Shown one piece after another: positions 57,538 through 64,000 of a stretch of 64,000 nucleotides of DNA. The DNA comes from a virus. The notes under the pieces were generated by a model, which did not search any database, was not told the DNA's origin, and saw only the letters and a list, made by a program, of their open reading frames with translations. How positions within the stretch are numbered: position 1 is the stretch's first letter; each line of letters opens with the position of its first letter. The stretch spans positions 17,766 to 81,765 of the IMG/VR virus record IMGVR_UViG_3300042308_001371; one strand, written 5' to 3'. A program made the position numbers and the translations under genes.

Positions 57538-57855
57538 TTAGTTTAATGCATTTTCCAAGCTAGACTGAACTAGTAGCGTTTTATTTAAATCACTATAGGG
57601 AGTCCATTTTTCACTTCTAAAGCCATCCTCTAAAGCCACCTCAACAAAGTCTAGCCTTACTTTTGCCGGTGTATTATAAACCGTTTTCATATTAGTTTCA
57701 ATCATTCCCCGAGCAAGCTCTAAAATCTCATCCTCATTAAATTTTCCGTCATTGTAAGGGATATATCCCGCACTTAGGGTATGATACTCAACTTTTCTGC
57801 ATCTTTTTTTAATACCAGCTACTACAATTGAAATTTTAAAAAGCTTACCTTGCAT
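57538..57855 (-). CDS. Hypothetical protein with a near-tag end, SSLENALN
   Basis: AAGGGG RBS; upstream promoter TTGCAA-17-TATAAT near 57887-57915. Confidence 0.6.
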   Translation of the reverse strand: MQGKLFKISIVVAGIKKRCRKVEYHTLSAGYIPYNDGKFNEDEILELARGMIETNMKTVYNTPAKVRLDFVEVALEDGFRSEKWTPYSDLNKTLLVQSSLENALN

Positions 57856-58052
57856 AAATTCCCCTTTAGTTTTTCTTCCCTACTCAATTATAATACATGC
57901 ATCAATTTGTTGCAAGCGTTATTTGCAGATATCTTTGCAATAGATACTTACACCTTTAGTTAATTCACCAACGCTAGGCATAGGCTTTAGAGATGAAATA
58001 AAAGTAATGAACGCAATTAAAACAATAATATTCTTAAGCATATAACTCCCTC

Positions 58053-58334
58053 TTATGATAAGTAATGAAGCAAGGCTTTACTGCCTAAAACCTCTTTGTT
58101 ATTATATCTAAGGAAAATAAGAGTATTCATGTTAATGGTTCTATAAGCCCCCTTCTCAACGTCAAAAACCACAATATAGTTATATGACTCGGGGGAATAT
58201 TTCAATTCTCCACCTTTCAAATGCTTTTTAACTCCAAAACGCGCAGTCATTTCTCTAGTGGTCCCATCCTTTTTTAGGAAGCATGCTCTAAAAAAATTAC
58301 CTTTCACTTCATTTCTAAATTCTTGGATATCCAT
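58053..58334 (-). CDS. WYL-like/SH3 beta-barrel phage protein
   Basis: F.KKDGT.REM.A..GV, V.D..K..YR.IN. Confidence 0.7.
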   Translation of the reverse strand: MDIQEFRNEVKGNFFRACFLKKDGTTREMTARFGVKKHLKGGELKYSPESYNYIVVFDVEKGAYRTINMNTLIFLRYNNKEVLGSKALLHYLS

Positions 58335-58335
58335 T

Positions 58336-58578
58336 TTAAAACCCCATTTTTTGAGTTAGTTTTTGCGCTTTAATTTGTTCCGGAGTTAGTTCGATATTAA
58401 TAGAACAATTTTCTCCAACGAGACTAACAATGTCCCAAGCGTATACGCTTCCAATTTCAGTATAATCGCCAAAAACTTTTGCAAGTCTAATATTTCCTTT
58501 TTTATTATCCTCAATTATAGCATTCCATCCACTTCTAAGCTTAACTTTATCATTCTTTTTTAAATCATTAGTTTTCAT
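58336..58578 (-). CDS. Hypothetical protein
   Basis: DNKKGNIR.A.V.G..TE.GSVYA.DI. Confidence 0.65.
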   Translation of the reverse strand: MKTNDLKKNDKVKLRSGWNAIIEDNKKGNIRLAKVFGDYTEIGSVYAWDIVSLVGENCSINIELTPEQIKAQKLTQKMGF

Positions 58579-58748
58579 TTTGTCCCCCTTTTGCGTTATT
58601 TAATAAATCTTTTTTATAGTTGATATAATCGTCAATTGGCCAACAATGATCTGGATAGTCCCAAATTTGAGTTTCTCCATTTTGTTTTAATTCTTGCGCT
58701 TCTAGTATATCGTTTTCCGTTTTTTTAAACCAAAAATCAATATTCATT

Positions 58749-58961
58749 TTAAACCTCGCCTATTTTTTCTAAATAATCTAAATGAGTTTTAGGCTTATTT
58801 TCTTCTTCTTCTTCCCTCTCTAAGCATTCCCCACAAACATAATCGCCCATTGCTCCACAATAAAAAACATTGTAAGATGAACCGCATGAATCACATAAGC
58901 ATTTATGTAAATCTCTTTTTGTCATTTGCTCCCCCTTCGTTATATCACAATGATGATTCAA
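58749..58961 (-). CDS. Small zinc-finger protein (likely start 58925)
   Basis: CDSCG...CGEC; AAGGGGG RBS. Confidence 0.55.
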   Translation of the reverse strand: MNHHCDITKGEQMTKRDLHKCLCDSCGSSYNVFYCGAMGDYVCGECLEREEEEENKPKTHLDYLEKIGEV

Positions 58962-59138
58962 TTGATTCGATTTTTTCTTTTTGTTCTTGGAGAAAATCTT
59001 CTAAAGTATCAAATTCTTGAAAACCTTCTATTTTAACATGTTTAAAATCATTTTGTTCTAGAATATCTATTAAATCAAATAGAATTTCTTGAACTTTTGT
59101 TTTCATCATGCAGTCCCCTTTGTTGCTTTCCTTTAATC

Positions 59139-59167
59139 ATTTTATATCATGTTGCGTCATTAGTCAA
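59139..59167 (-). promoter_or_regulatory. sigma70 promoter with an internal TGACGCA
   Basis: TTGACT-17-TAAAAT. Confidence 0.65.
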
Positions 59168-59234
59168 TTAGTTTCATCAAAAGATAGAAAATAAATGTTT
59201 TTAAAACTAAACTTAATAAAATCATTAGTCCCCT

Positions 59235-59942
59235 TTAGTTATGAATAACAAAGCCTGTTTTATCTTTTTTTGCCTCGCCCTTTGCCTTTAGTGCTACAAT
59301 TTTTCCCTTAATATCCAAAAATCTTAGGTCATGTAAATCGCCGTCAATTGCGCCAAGCTCATCAACTACCCTGCTTACATTAGAATAAACCGCTGCTACA
59401 TTAACGCCTAGTCTCAACATTTTCTCGCATTCAATATGATTCGCCCTTGACTCTTTACGGCTGAAAGTAAGGTGGTAATTGTTCCATTTTCCTGTTAATG
59501 CATCCATTCTAGTATGATTCGGAGTGTAGTCGTAAAACTGGACATCCGAAAAGACTTCAAAGATATTTTTACCATCCTTAACCATAATTTCTTCCCATGA
59601 AATATCACTCGTTCCATTCAATCGAATCGCTGGAATAAGATTTTTTCTTTTTGCTTCCCTTAATACGCCCTCAATTGACCAAACAAGGGAAGTGATAAAC
59701 GCCTCTTTGTTATCTCTAAAAAATTCAGTTTTTGCAATACGCGCTTTTTTAACGCTGTTAAATTTTCCCCTACCTGCACTATAAAGGCAAGCTTCCTTAC
59801 ATCCTTTAGAGGCAAATTTGCAAACATTTATACCCTCGACAAGATTAGCCGGTGCCATGTAAAGAATTCCAGTGAGATATCCTAAATCCTCGCCCTTAGA
59901 AGTTTTTGCGTTTGCAGTAGTCAATAATTTTTTATGTTTCAT
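59235..59942 (-). CDS. GP88-like protein (radical-SAM-like Cys motif)
   Basis: C..AS.GC...CL...GRG, IRLNGTSDI.W, QFYDYT, YHLTFS, DGD..DLRF.D, LKAKG.A. Confidence 0.8.
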   Translation of the reverse strand: MKHKKLLTTANAKTSKGEDLGYLTGILYMAPANLVEGINVCKFASKGCKEACLYSAGRGKFNSVKKARIAKTEFFRDNKEAFITSLVWSIEGVLREAKRKNLIPAIRLNGTSDISWEEIMVKDGKNIFEVFSDVQFYDYTPNHTRMDALTGKWNNYHLTFSRKESRANHIECEKMLRLGVNVAAVYSNVSRVVDELGAIDGDLHDLRFLDIKGKIVALKAKGEAKKDKTGFVIHN

Positions 59943-59972
59943 TGTATCCCCTTTGGTTGAAAAGCTTGATTC

Positions 59973-60001
59973 ATCTTATCAAAAAAGAAATAATGCGTCA
60001 A
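59973..60001 (-). promoter_or_regulatory. sigma70 promoter
   Basis: TTGACG-17-TAAGAT; shares 22 bp with the promoter at 61668-61696. Confidence 0.7.
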
Positions 60002-60021
60002 TAAAAAAATGCCGATTATTT

Positions 60022-60056
60022 AAAAAACTAAGCGGGCATAAAGCCCGCCCTTTTTT
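60022..60056. terminator. Hairpin terminator, possibly bidirectional
   Basis: GCGGGC-ATAAA-GCCCGC flanked by A and T runs. Confidence 0.6.
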
Positions 60057-60786
60057 ATGCGATAAGCTTCAAAGCTTCGTTATAGATACTAGTATTTAAA
60101 AGGATATTAGCGTCAACGCCTTTTATCGCTCTTACTTTACTAGTCTTATTCTTATCCTCATCCTGTACATAAAAGCCCGTTCTCATCAAATTTTCTTGAA
60201 TGATATTAAATTGGCTAAATAAATCTTCTCTTTTATCTTCCCACCGCTTCGCTTCAAAAAGGGGGATAAGTTTATCAGAATATTTATCCCCCATTCTCAA
60301 TTTTAGGCATGAATCTTGCAAGGCTTTAATTTCGTCACTAGTCAAAATTTTATTGCTCATTGCATTAATTCCATCGATTGCCACAGTCCTATAATCCATC
60401 ATCTCCTCAATTGAATCGTCAAGCTTCAAAAGCCCGTTTTGGGTATGCCGTACTTTAATTTTAGGGATTAGATCACTCCCCACTATCAAACCATTGGAAC
60501 AAACCATTCGAAAAAAGCCTAGTCGGAAAGTCAACGCGCTTGATCCTTCGTGAGAATTAATAGCCAATAGTTGAAGTTTTCCTTGACTATTTGAATAGCC
60601 AACATCAAAGCGCAAAACATGTTTTTGGAAGCCTAGGCGTTTTTCCTTATCCTTTCTAATTTTAGACTCCACAACATCGGACAATTTAAATCCCTTATTT
60701 TCAAGATTTTTCACTAGACTTTCACTTGAGATAAACCCGAATTTATTAGAGCCAATGTGAGACGTTTGAGTTAAGCAAATTGACAT
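60055..60786 (-). CDS. DUF932-family protein
   Basis: GFQKH..RF, NSHEGSS......G.FR.VCSNGL, FN.IQEN. Confidence 0.85.
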   Translation of the reverse strand: MSICLTQTSHIGSNKFGFISSESLVKNLENKGFKLSDVVESKIRKDKEKRLGFQKHVLRFDVGYSNSQGKLQLLAINSHEGSSALTFRLGFFRMVCSNGLIVGSDLIPKIKVRHTQNGLLKLDDSIEEMMDYRTVAIDGINAMSNKILTSDEIKALQDSCLKLRMGDKYSDKLIPLFEAKRWEDKREDLFSQFNIIQENLMRTGFYVQDEDKNKTSKVRAIKGVDANILLNTSIYNEALKLIA

Positions 60787-60818
60787 ATTATTTCCTTTTT
60801 GTTAAATTCCCTAAGATT

Positions 60819-60847
60819 ATTATATTCCATGCGTCAAATTAAGTCAA
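60819..60847 (-). promoter_or_regulatory. sigma70 promoter with an internal TTGACGCA
   Basis: TTGACT-17-TATAAT. Confidence 0.8.
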
Positions 60848-60851
60848 GTTT

Positions 60852-61283
60852 TTAAGTTAATTCTATCTCAAGTGAAGTCACGCCCTCGGCTTTTTGACCA
60901 CAAAAATCTTTTAAACGCCCATTATAAAGCACTTTTTTAGTGTAACTATCAATGACTTTTAACTTTACAGAATTCACATCTTGACTTAAAATATAAGTAA
61001 AATCTTCCCCACTGCCCTCTGTATTAGGTGCCATAATATAAACATTTCCTATTTTCTTTTGCTTTAACTCCCCTATTAAATAAGCAGCCAAACATCCCAT
61101 GCCGTTAAATTTTGAAGGCGTAGCGCATGAATCATTATAACCATTCAAAATAATAACATTTCCATTGTTTAAAATTTTCTTAACATCCTCGCCTAGTCCA
61201 GTAGGATATCCGTCATACTGCCTATAAATTGTGGCAATTGTCTTTCTTCCATCCTTAACGTGAATTAATGCCCTAGTCCCCAT
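60852..61283 (-). CDS. Conserved phage protein (MGTR...YRQYDGYP family) carrying tag TSLEIELT
   Basis: MGTRA, IYRQYDGYP.G.G, NGMGCLAA.LI. Confidence 0.75.
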   Translation of the reverse strand: MGTRALIHVKDGRKTIATIYRQYDGYPTGLGEDVKKILNNGNVIILNGYNDSCATPSKFNGMGCLAAYLIGELKQKKIGNVYIMAPNTEGSGEDFTYILSQDVNSVKLKVIDSYTKKVLYNGRLKDFCGQKAEGVTSLEIELT

Positions 61284-61445
61284 TTTATGCCCCTTTTATT
61301 AAAATTAAAACTCTAGTATTAAAGCCCCAGTGATATTTATCATGAAATAACTTAATACTTCTTTTACTAAATGATCTTTCATAAATTGCCGTTTTTCCAT
61401 CTTGAACCATACCGATTTTAAATTTTACGCTCATTTTGTCCCCTT

Positions 61446-61631
61446 TTATGCTACAAATGATTTAATTCTAGTTATTTCTTGATCTAATAACATTAACTCA
61501 ATAATAGCCGAATTAAGTTGATCTAATTGATCTTTTAAGGCTTTAGTCTCATCACTTGACCAACCATAAAATTCAACGTAAACATCCATTTTCTTTTCAA
61601 TCATTTCTACCTTATTTAATAAATCTTTCAT
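61446..61631 (-). CDS. Small helical early protein
   Basis: 61 aa; GAGGGG RBS; own promoter. Confidence 0.6.
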   Translation of the reverse strand: MKDLLNKVEMIEKKMDVYVEFYGWSSDETKALKDQLDQLNSAIIELMLLDQEITRIKSFVA

Positions 61632-61667
61632 ATGTTGCCCCTCTTTGTTGTTTGTTTCCTTAATGAG

Positions 61668-61696
61668 ATGGTACAGGAAAAGAAATAATGCGTCAA
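61668..61696 (-). promoter_or_regulatory. sigma70 promoter
   Basis: TTGACG-17-TACCAT. Confidence 0.65.
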
Positions 61697-61932
61697 TAAT
61701 AAAGTGACATCTCTTAACTTTTATATAAACCCCCTTACATTATGAGGATAAGCCCTCGCACTGGCATTGAATCGGACCGTGAAAAAAAGCATGCCTTGGA
61801 CGTTTTAAAGCGTTTAAGCCATGTCAGCGCATGCCCCTGAAATAGCATGACTTGAAAACGTGGGATTATGTTTCAAGCGAAACGCCGACAAAACAGTGAC
61901 AATTTAGCCATGGTTGATGATACGAGACTATA

Positions 61933-62649
61933 TGGCACAGACTTTGCAGGGAATGAATTGAGTACCTGTAAAGGCATAAAATAAGGTGTCACATAAAGGC
62001 AGCTTAGTTTTCTTGCGCCCGCATATTAATTCCCTGTAAGTATCTGAAAATTGGAAAGGGGACCAAGCTCAAGCCTAGTCCCCTCGGGTGATATGTATAA
62101 GCTCGCCACGGGCATTTTGAAGACTAGACAAAGTCGCCCATAGCTCACTCGATAAGGTGTATTAAATCACTGCTCAAAGGCTTTTAAAACAGTCTCAGAA
62201 CGTGATAATAAGTTTACTAAGGTTAATGTAATCACTAGCATAATATAAGTTTTCATCTAATCCCCTCTTAAAACAATATTCTCACACTATGCATCATAAT
62301 GCAATAGCCAAACGAAATAAATATTTGTCAAGCGGTTACTCATAAATTCGTAACTGGTAAGGCCTCAGTATTGCACTAGCAAAGCATGTGCCAATTGGAA
62401 GATCCCCCTAAAGAAACATGGCATGAGTTTTGCTTATGCAAAGCCAACATCCAGCGTATATTCCAGCAAAAGAAAATGTTTTGGCATGATCTTTGCGTTA
62501 TATACAGCTTAGTTCTTTTTTGCTACAATGAGGGTAAGACAAGCGCAACAGGGCGAGCTTGGAAAATAAGCCCAACAGTAAACAAGTTTAGGGAAGGAGC
62601 GAGCTTAAAAAAATAGGCACAGCTCTTGCATCTGCAAGCCCCATGCCAA
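61933..62649. promoter_or_regulatory. Cluster 1 of sigma54-type -24/-12 sites
   Basis: TGGCACAGACTTTGCA 61933+, AGGCCTCAGTATTGCA 62360+, TTGGCACATGCTTTGCT 62378-62394-, TGGCATGAGTTTTGCT 62419+, TTGGCATGATCTTTGCG 62481+, TAGGCACAGCTCTTGCA 62614+, TTGGCATGGGGCTTGCA 62633-62649-. Confidence 0.75.
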
Positions 62650-62652
62650 GCC

Positions 62653-62673
62653 AAAAAAACTCCCCGAAGGGAG
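62653..62673 (-). terminator. Rho-independent terminator
   Basis: On -: CTCCC-TTCG-GGGAG-TTTTTTT. Confidence 0.8.
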
Positions 62674-62690
62674 CTTAGCGATTTGGAGAG

Positions 62691-62993
62691 TTATAAGATG
62701 TTGACTGTGGTGGCTGCTGCTTTAAGCATGTTGGGCTTTAGAATGCAATCTGTTAACATTTGAAGTTGACCATTATCCTCAACGCTTAGACCGAAGTGGT
62801 TGAAAAGCATGTCATTGATTAGATCAGTCTCATTGCCTCTGTATCCAAGCTCGTCAAGCTCATAGTCAAGGTCAGAGAACAATGCCACGAATTCTTTTTG
62901 TTGTTTCTTGTTAAGCATTCTAAGTATCTGTAATAAGTAAATCATATAGCTCCCTTTGTTGTGTTGTCGTGATTCATTATAGCAGAATGACAA
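62691..62993 (-). CDS. Early hypothetical protein (likely start 62945)
   Basis: AAGGGAG RBS before MIYLL; promoter TTGACA-16-TATAAT at 62976-63003. Confidence 0.6.
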   Translation of the reverse strand: MSFCYNESRQHNKGSYMIYLLQILRMLNKKQQKEFVALFSDLDYELDELGYRGNETDLINDMLFNHFGLSVEDNGQLQMLTDCILKPNMLKAAATTVNIL

Positions 62994-63005
62994 TCGGTGT
63001 CAACT

Positions 63006-63254
63006 TTATTCCTCCCACAACGCTCCGATATCGTCCGAGAATATACCTTGCTGCACTTCTACCCATCGCACATTGGTCACGTTATTCGCCCCAAAATGAT
63101 ACCTTAAAAGAGCCGTAGCGAATTGTTCAAGCATTTCAGGGGATAAGGCTTTTACAGTTGCATCAACGTCAAAAGATCGTCTCATTGATTTAAAAGTCCT
63201 TTTTCCTTTGAGCTTGATACTAGCATGTGCAGATATTCTAAAAATTGGTTTCAT
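63006..63254 (-). CDS. Early hypothetical protein
   Basis: AAGGGAG RBS; promoter TTGACG-16-TACAAT at 63285-63312. Confidence 0.6.
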   Translation of the reverse strand: MKPIFRISAHASIKLKGKRTFKSMRRSFDVDATVKALSPEMLEQFATALLRYHFGANNVTNVRWVEVQQGIFSDDIGALWEE

Positions 63255-63308
63255 TGTTTGCTCCCTTGTTGTTTGTCATGCTTCATTGTAGCACATTGAC
63301 GATTAGCG

Positions 63309-63683
63309 TCAAGCCCTTTCGTTAACTATCTCCTCGAATCTTTTCCAAGCATTGTCTGCAAGTTCCGTGCCATCATAGAGTGCCTTCATTAATTGGCAAT
63401 TGTCATCATGCCCAAGCCTGAACCAAGTATGGCATAGTTCATGCAGGACAACATGTGTCAGTGCTTCGCTTGCAACATCCTCGCCAATTGCTATGATGTT
63501 TTTCCCAAGCCAAGCCAAGCCCCCTTCACTTGTTATTATCTTGACTTCTACCCTAGGCGCATTTATGTAGATCCTACGGGCTTTATAAATGATATCCATT
63601 ACTTGTCTACGCTTGTCAAAGTACCCTTCTGATTTTACTCGCCAGTCCTGATGAACCACTTCGTTTTTTCTAAGCTTATTCAT
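63309..63683 (-). CDS. Zincin-like metallopeptidase (HELCH...H...C.LM)
   Basis: HEXXHxxxxxH plus a Met-turn-like LM; promoter TTGACA-17-TAAGAT at 63705-63733. Confidence 0.7.
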   Translation of the reverse strand: MNKLRKNEVVHQDWRVKSEGYFDKRRQVMDIIYKARRIYINAPRVEVKIITSEGGLAWLGKNIIAIGEDVASEALTHVVLHELCHTWFRLGHDDNCQLMKALYDGTELADNAWKRFEEIVNERA

Positions 63684-63837
63684 TTGATGCCCCTTGATAT
63701 CCTCATCTTAGCATTTTTGATTCAAAGTGTCAAATTATGCTGCAAGTCCCTGTCATCATTGACTTTGCTGCGAATCGTTACACCTATGGTATGATGAGGG
63801 TAAGAAACAAACAAGGGGAAAACAATGGGAATATAAT

Positions 63838-63945
63838 AGCAATAATCATGCCAAGGACTAGGCATGTCTCTTGCATCTGCAAGGCCTGTGCCAAGCCAGT
63901 GCATGCAAGGCCGGTGCCAAGTGGCCCATGCAAGAACGATGCCAA
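63838..63945. promoter_or_regulatory. Cluster 2: five packed sigma54-type sites
   Basis: On -: TTGGCATGATTATTGCT 63838-54, TTGGCACAGGCCTTGCA 63878-94, TTGGCACCGGCCTTGCA 63904-20, TTGGCATCGTTCTTGCA 63929-45. On +: TAGGCATGTCTCTTGCA 63859-75. Confidence 0.8.
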
Positions 63946-63972
63946 GCCACGGACGGCTGAGCTGTGCGGCTA

Positions 63973-63999
63973 GGGGGGGGGGGGGGGGGGTGTGGGGGG
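63973..63999 (+). repeat. G18 homopolymer plus G6
   Basis: Directly visible at the window end. Confidence 0.8.
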
Positions 64000-64000
64000 T

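Noticed and set aside
739-60786. Alternative genetic code or introns/inteins in core genes
   Set aside because: Long genes are intact under the standard code and all three stops are used. PolA, helicase and NrdJ show no obvious insertions.
30923-61283. The shared C-terminal tail as a DNA repeat (attC-like cassette site or DGR target)
   Set aside because: The underlying codons differ between copies, and no integrase or reverse transcriptase is visible. Conservation is at the protein level.
27421-63632. Plus-strand ORFs within the minus-strand arm (e.g. 32293..32625, 36445..36789, 40884..41150, 51486..51749)
   Set aside because: They are antisense to better-supported coupled genes. 32293..32625 overlaps two small minus-strand membrane ORFs.
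63838-63945. CRISPR-like or iteron array
   Set aside because: Units are 17 bp with conserved ends and a variable middle, separated by only 2-9 bp and in both orientations. No cas genes are present. The pattern fits a bipartite binding motif.
62386-63973. ORFs 62386..62616, 63722..63904 and 63737..63973
   Set aside because: They run through the motif arrays and promoters, lack an RBS, and their W-H/C-K content simply reflects the TGGCA/TTGCA motif.
63973-64000. Poly-G as a functional G-quadruplex or phase-variable tract
   Set aside because: It lies at the window edge, where poly-G is a common two-colour sequencing artefact. This cannot be judged without reads.

Overview
The window is an AT-rich segment (roughly one-third GC by eye) of a tailed dsDNA phage genome, probably podovirus-like. 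Portal, terminase and capsid genes are not in the window, and I saw no integrase, tRNA or CRISPR. 1-27.1 kb (+) is the late/virion arm: long repeat-rich fibre proteins, adaptor- and nozzle-like proteins, a GNAT and four ejection-type proteins. 27.1-63.7 kb (-) is the early/replication arm: ClpX-like ATPase, ClpP-like peptidase, exonuclease, M15 endolysin, a deleted Mom-like gene, PolA, primase, DnaB-like helicase, ERF, PD-(D/E)XK nuclease, class II RNR, SLT, a MoxR-vWA pair, a PhaR-like protein, DenV-like glycosylase, GP88 and DUF932, with many sigma70 promoters. Two signals stand out. (1) At least 15 mostly small minus-strand ORFs end in the same 8-residue tail, [ST]-x-L-x-x-[EQ]-L-x-COOH (e.g. 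SSLEKELL), in a genome whose own ClpX lacks the ZBD and IGF loop. This suggests a phage tag/adaptor system. (2) The last ~2 kb carries about 15 sigma54-type -24/-12 sites (TGGCA-N6-TTGC), in tandem and in convergent pairs, two or three of them inside a coding sequence. This suggests a sigma54 decoy or loading array. Also noted: apparent CCWGG avoidance, a candidate late-promoter motif CACCCTTATA(A/T)T, and two candidate structured RNAs. All product calls come from motif recognition by eye, not database searches.
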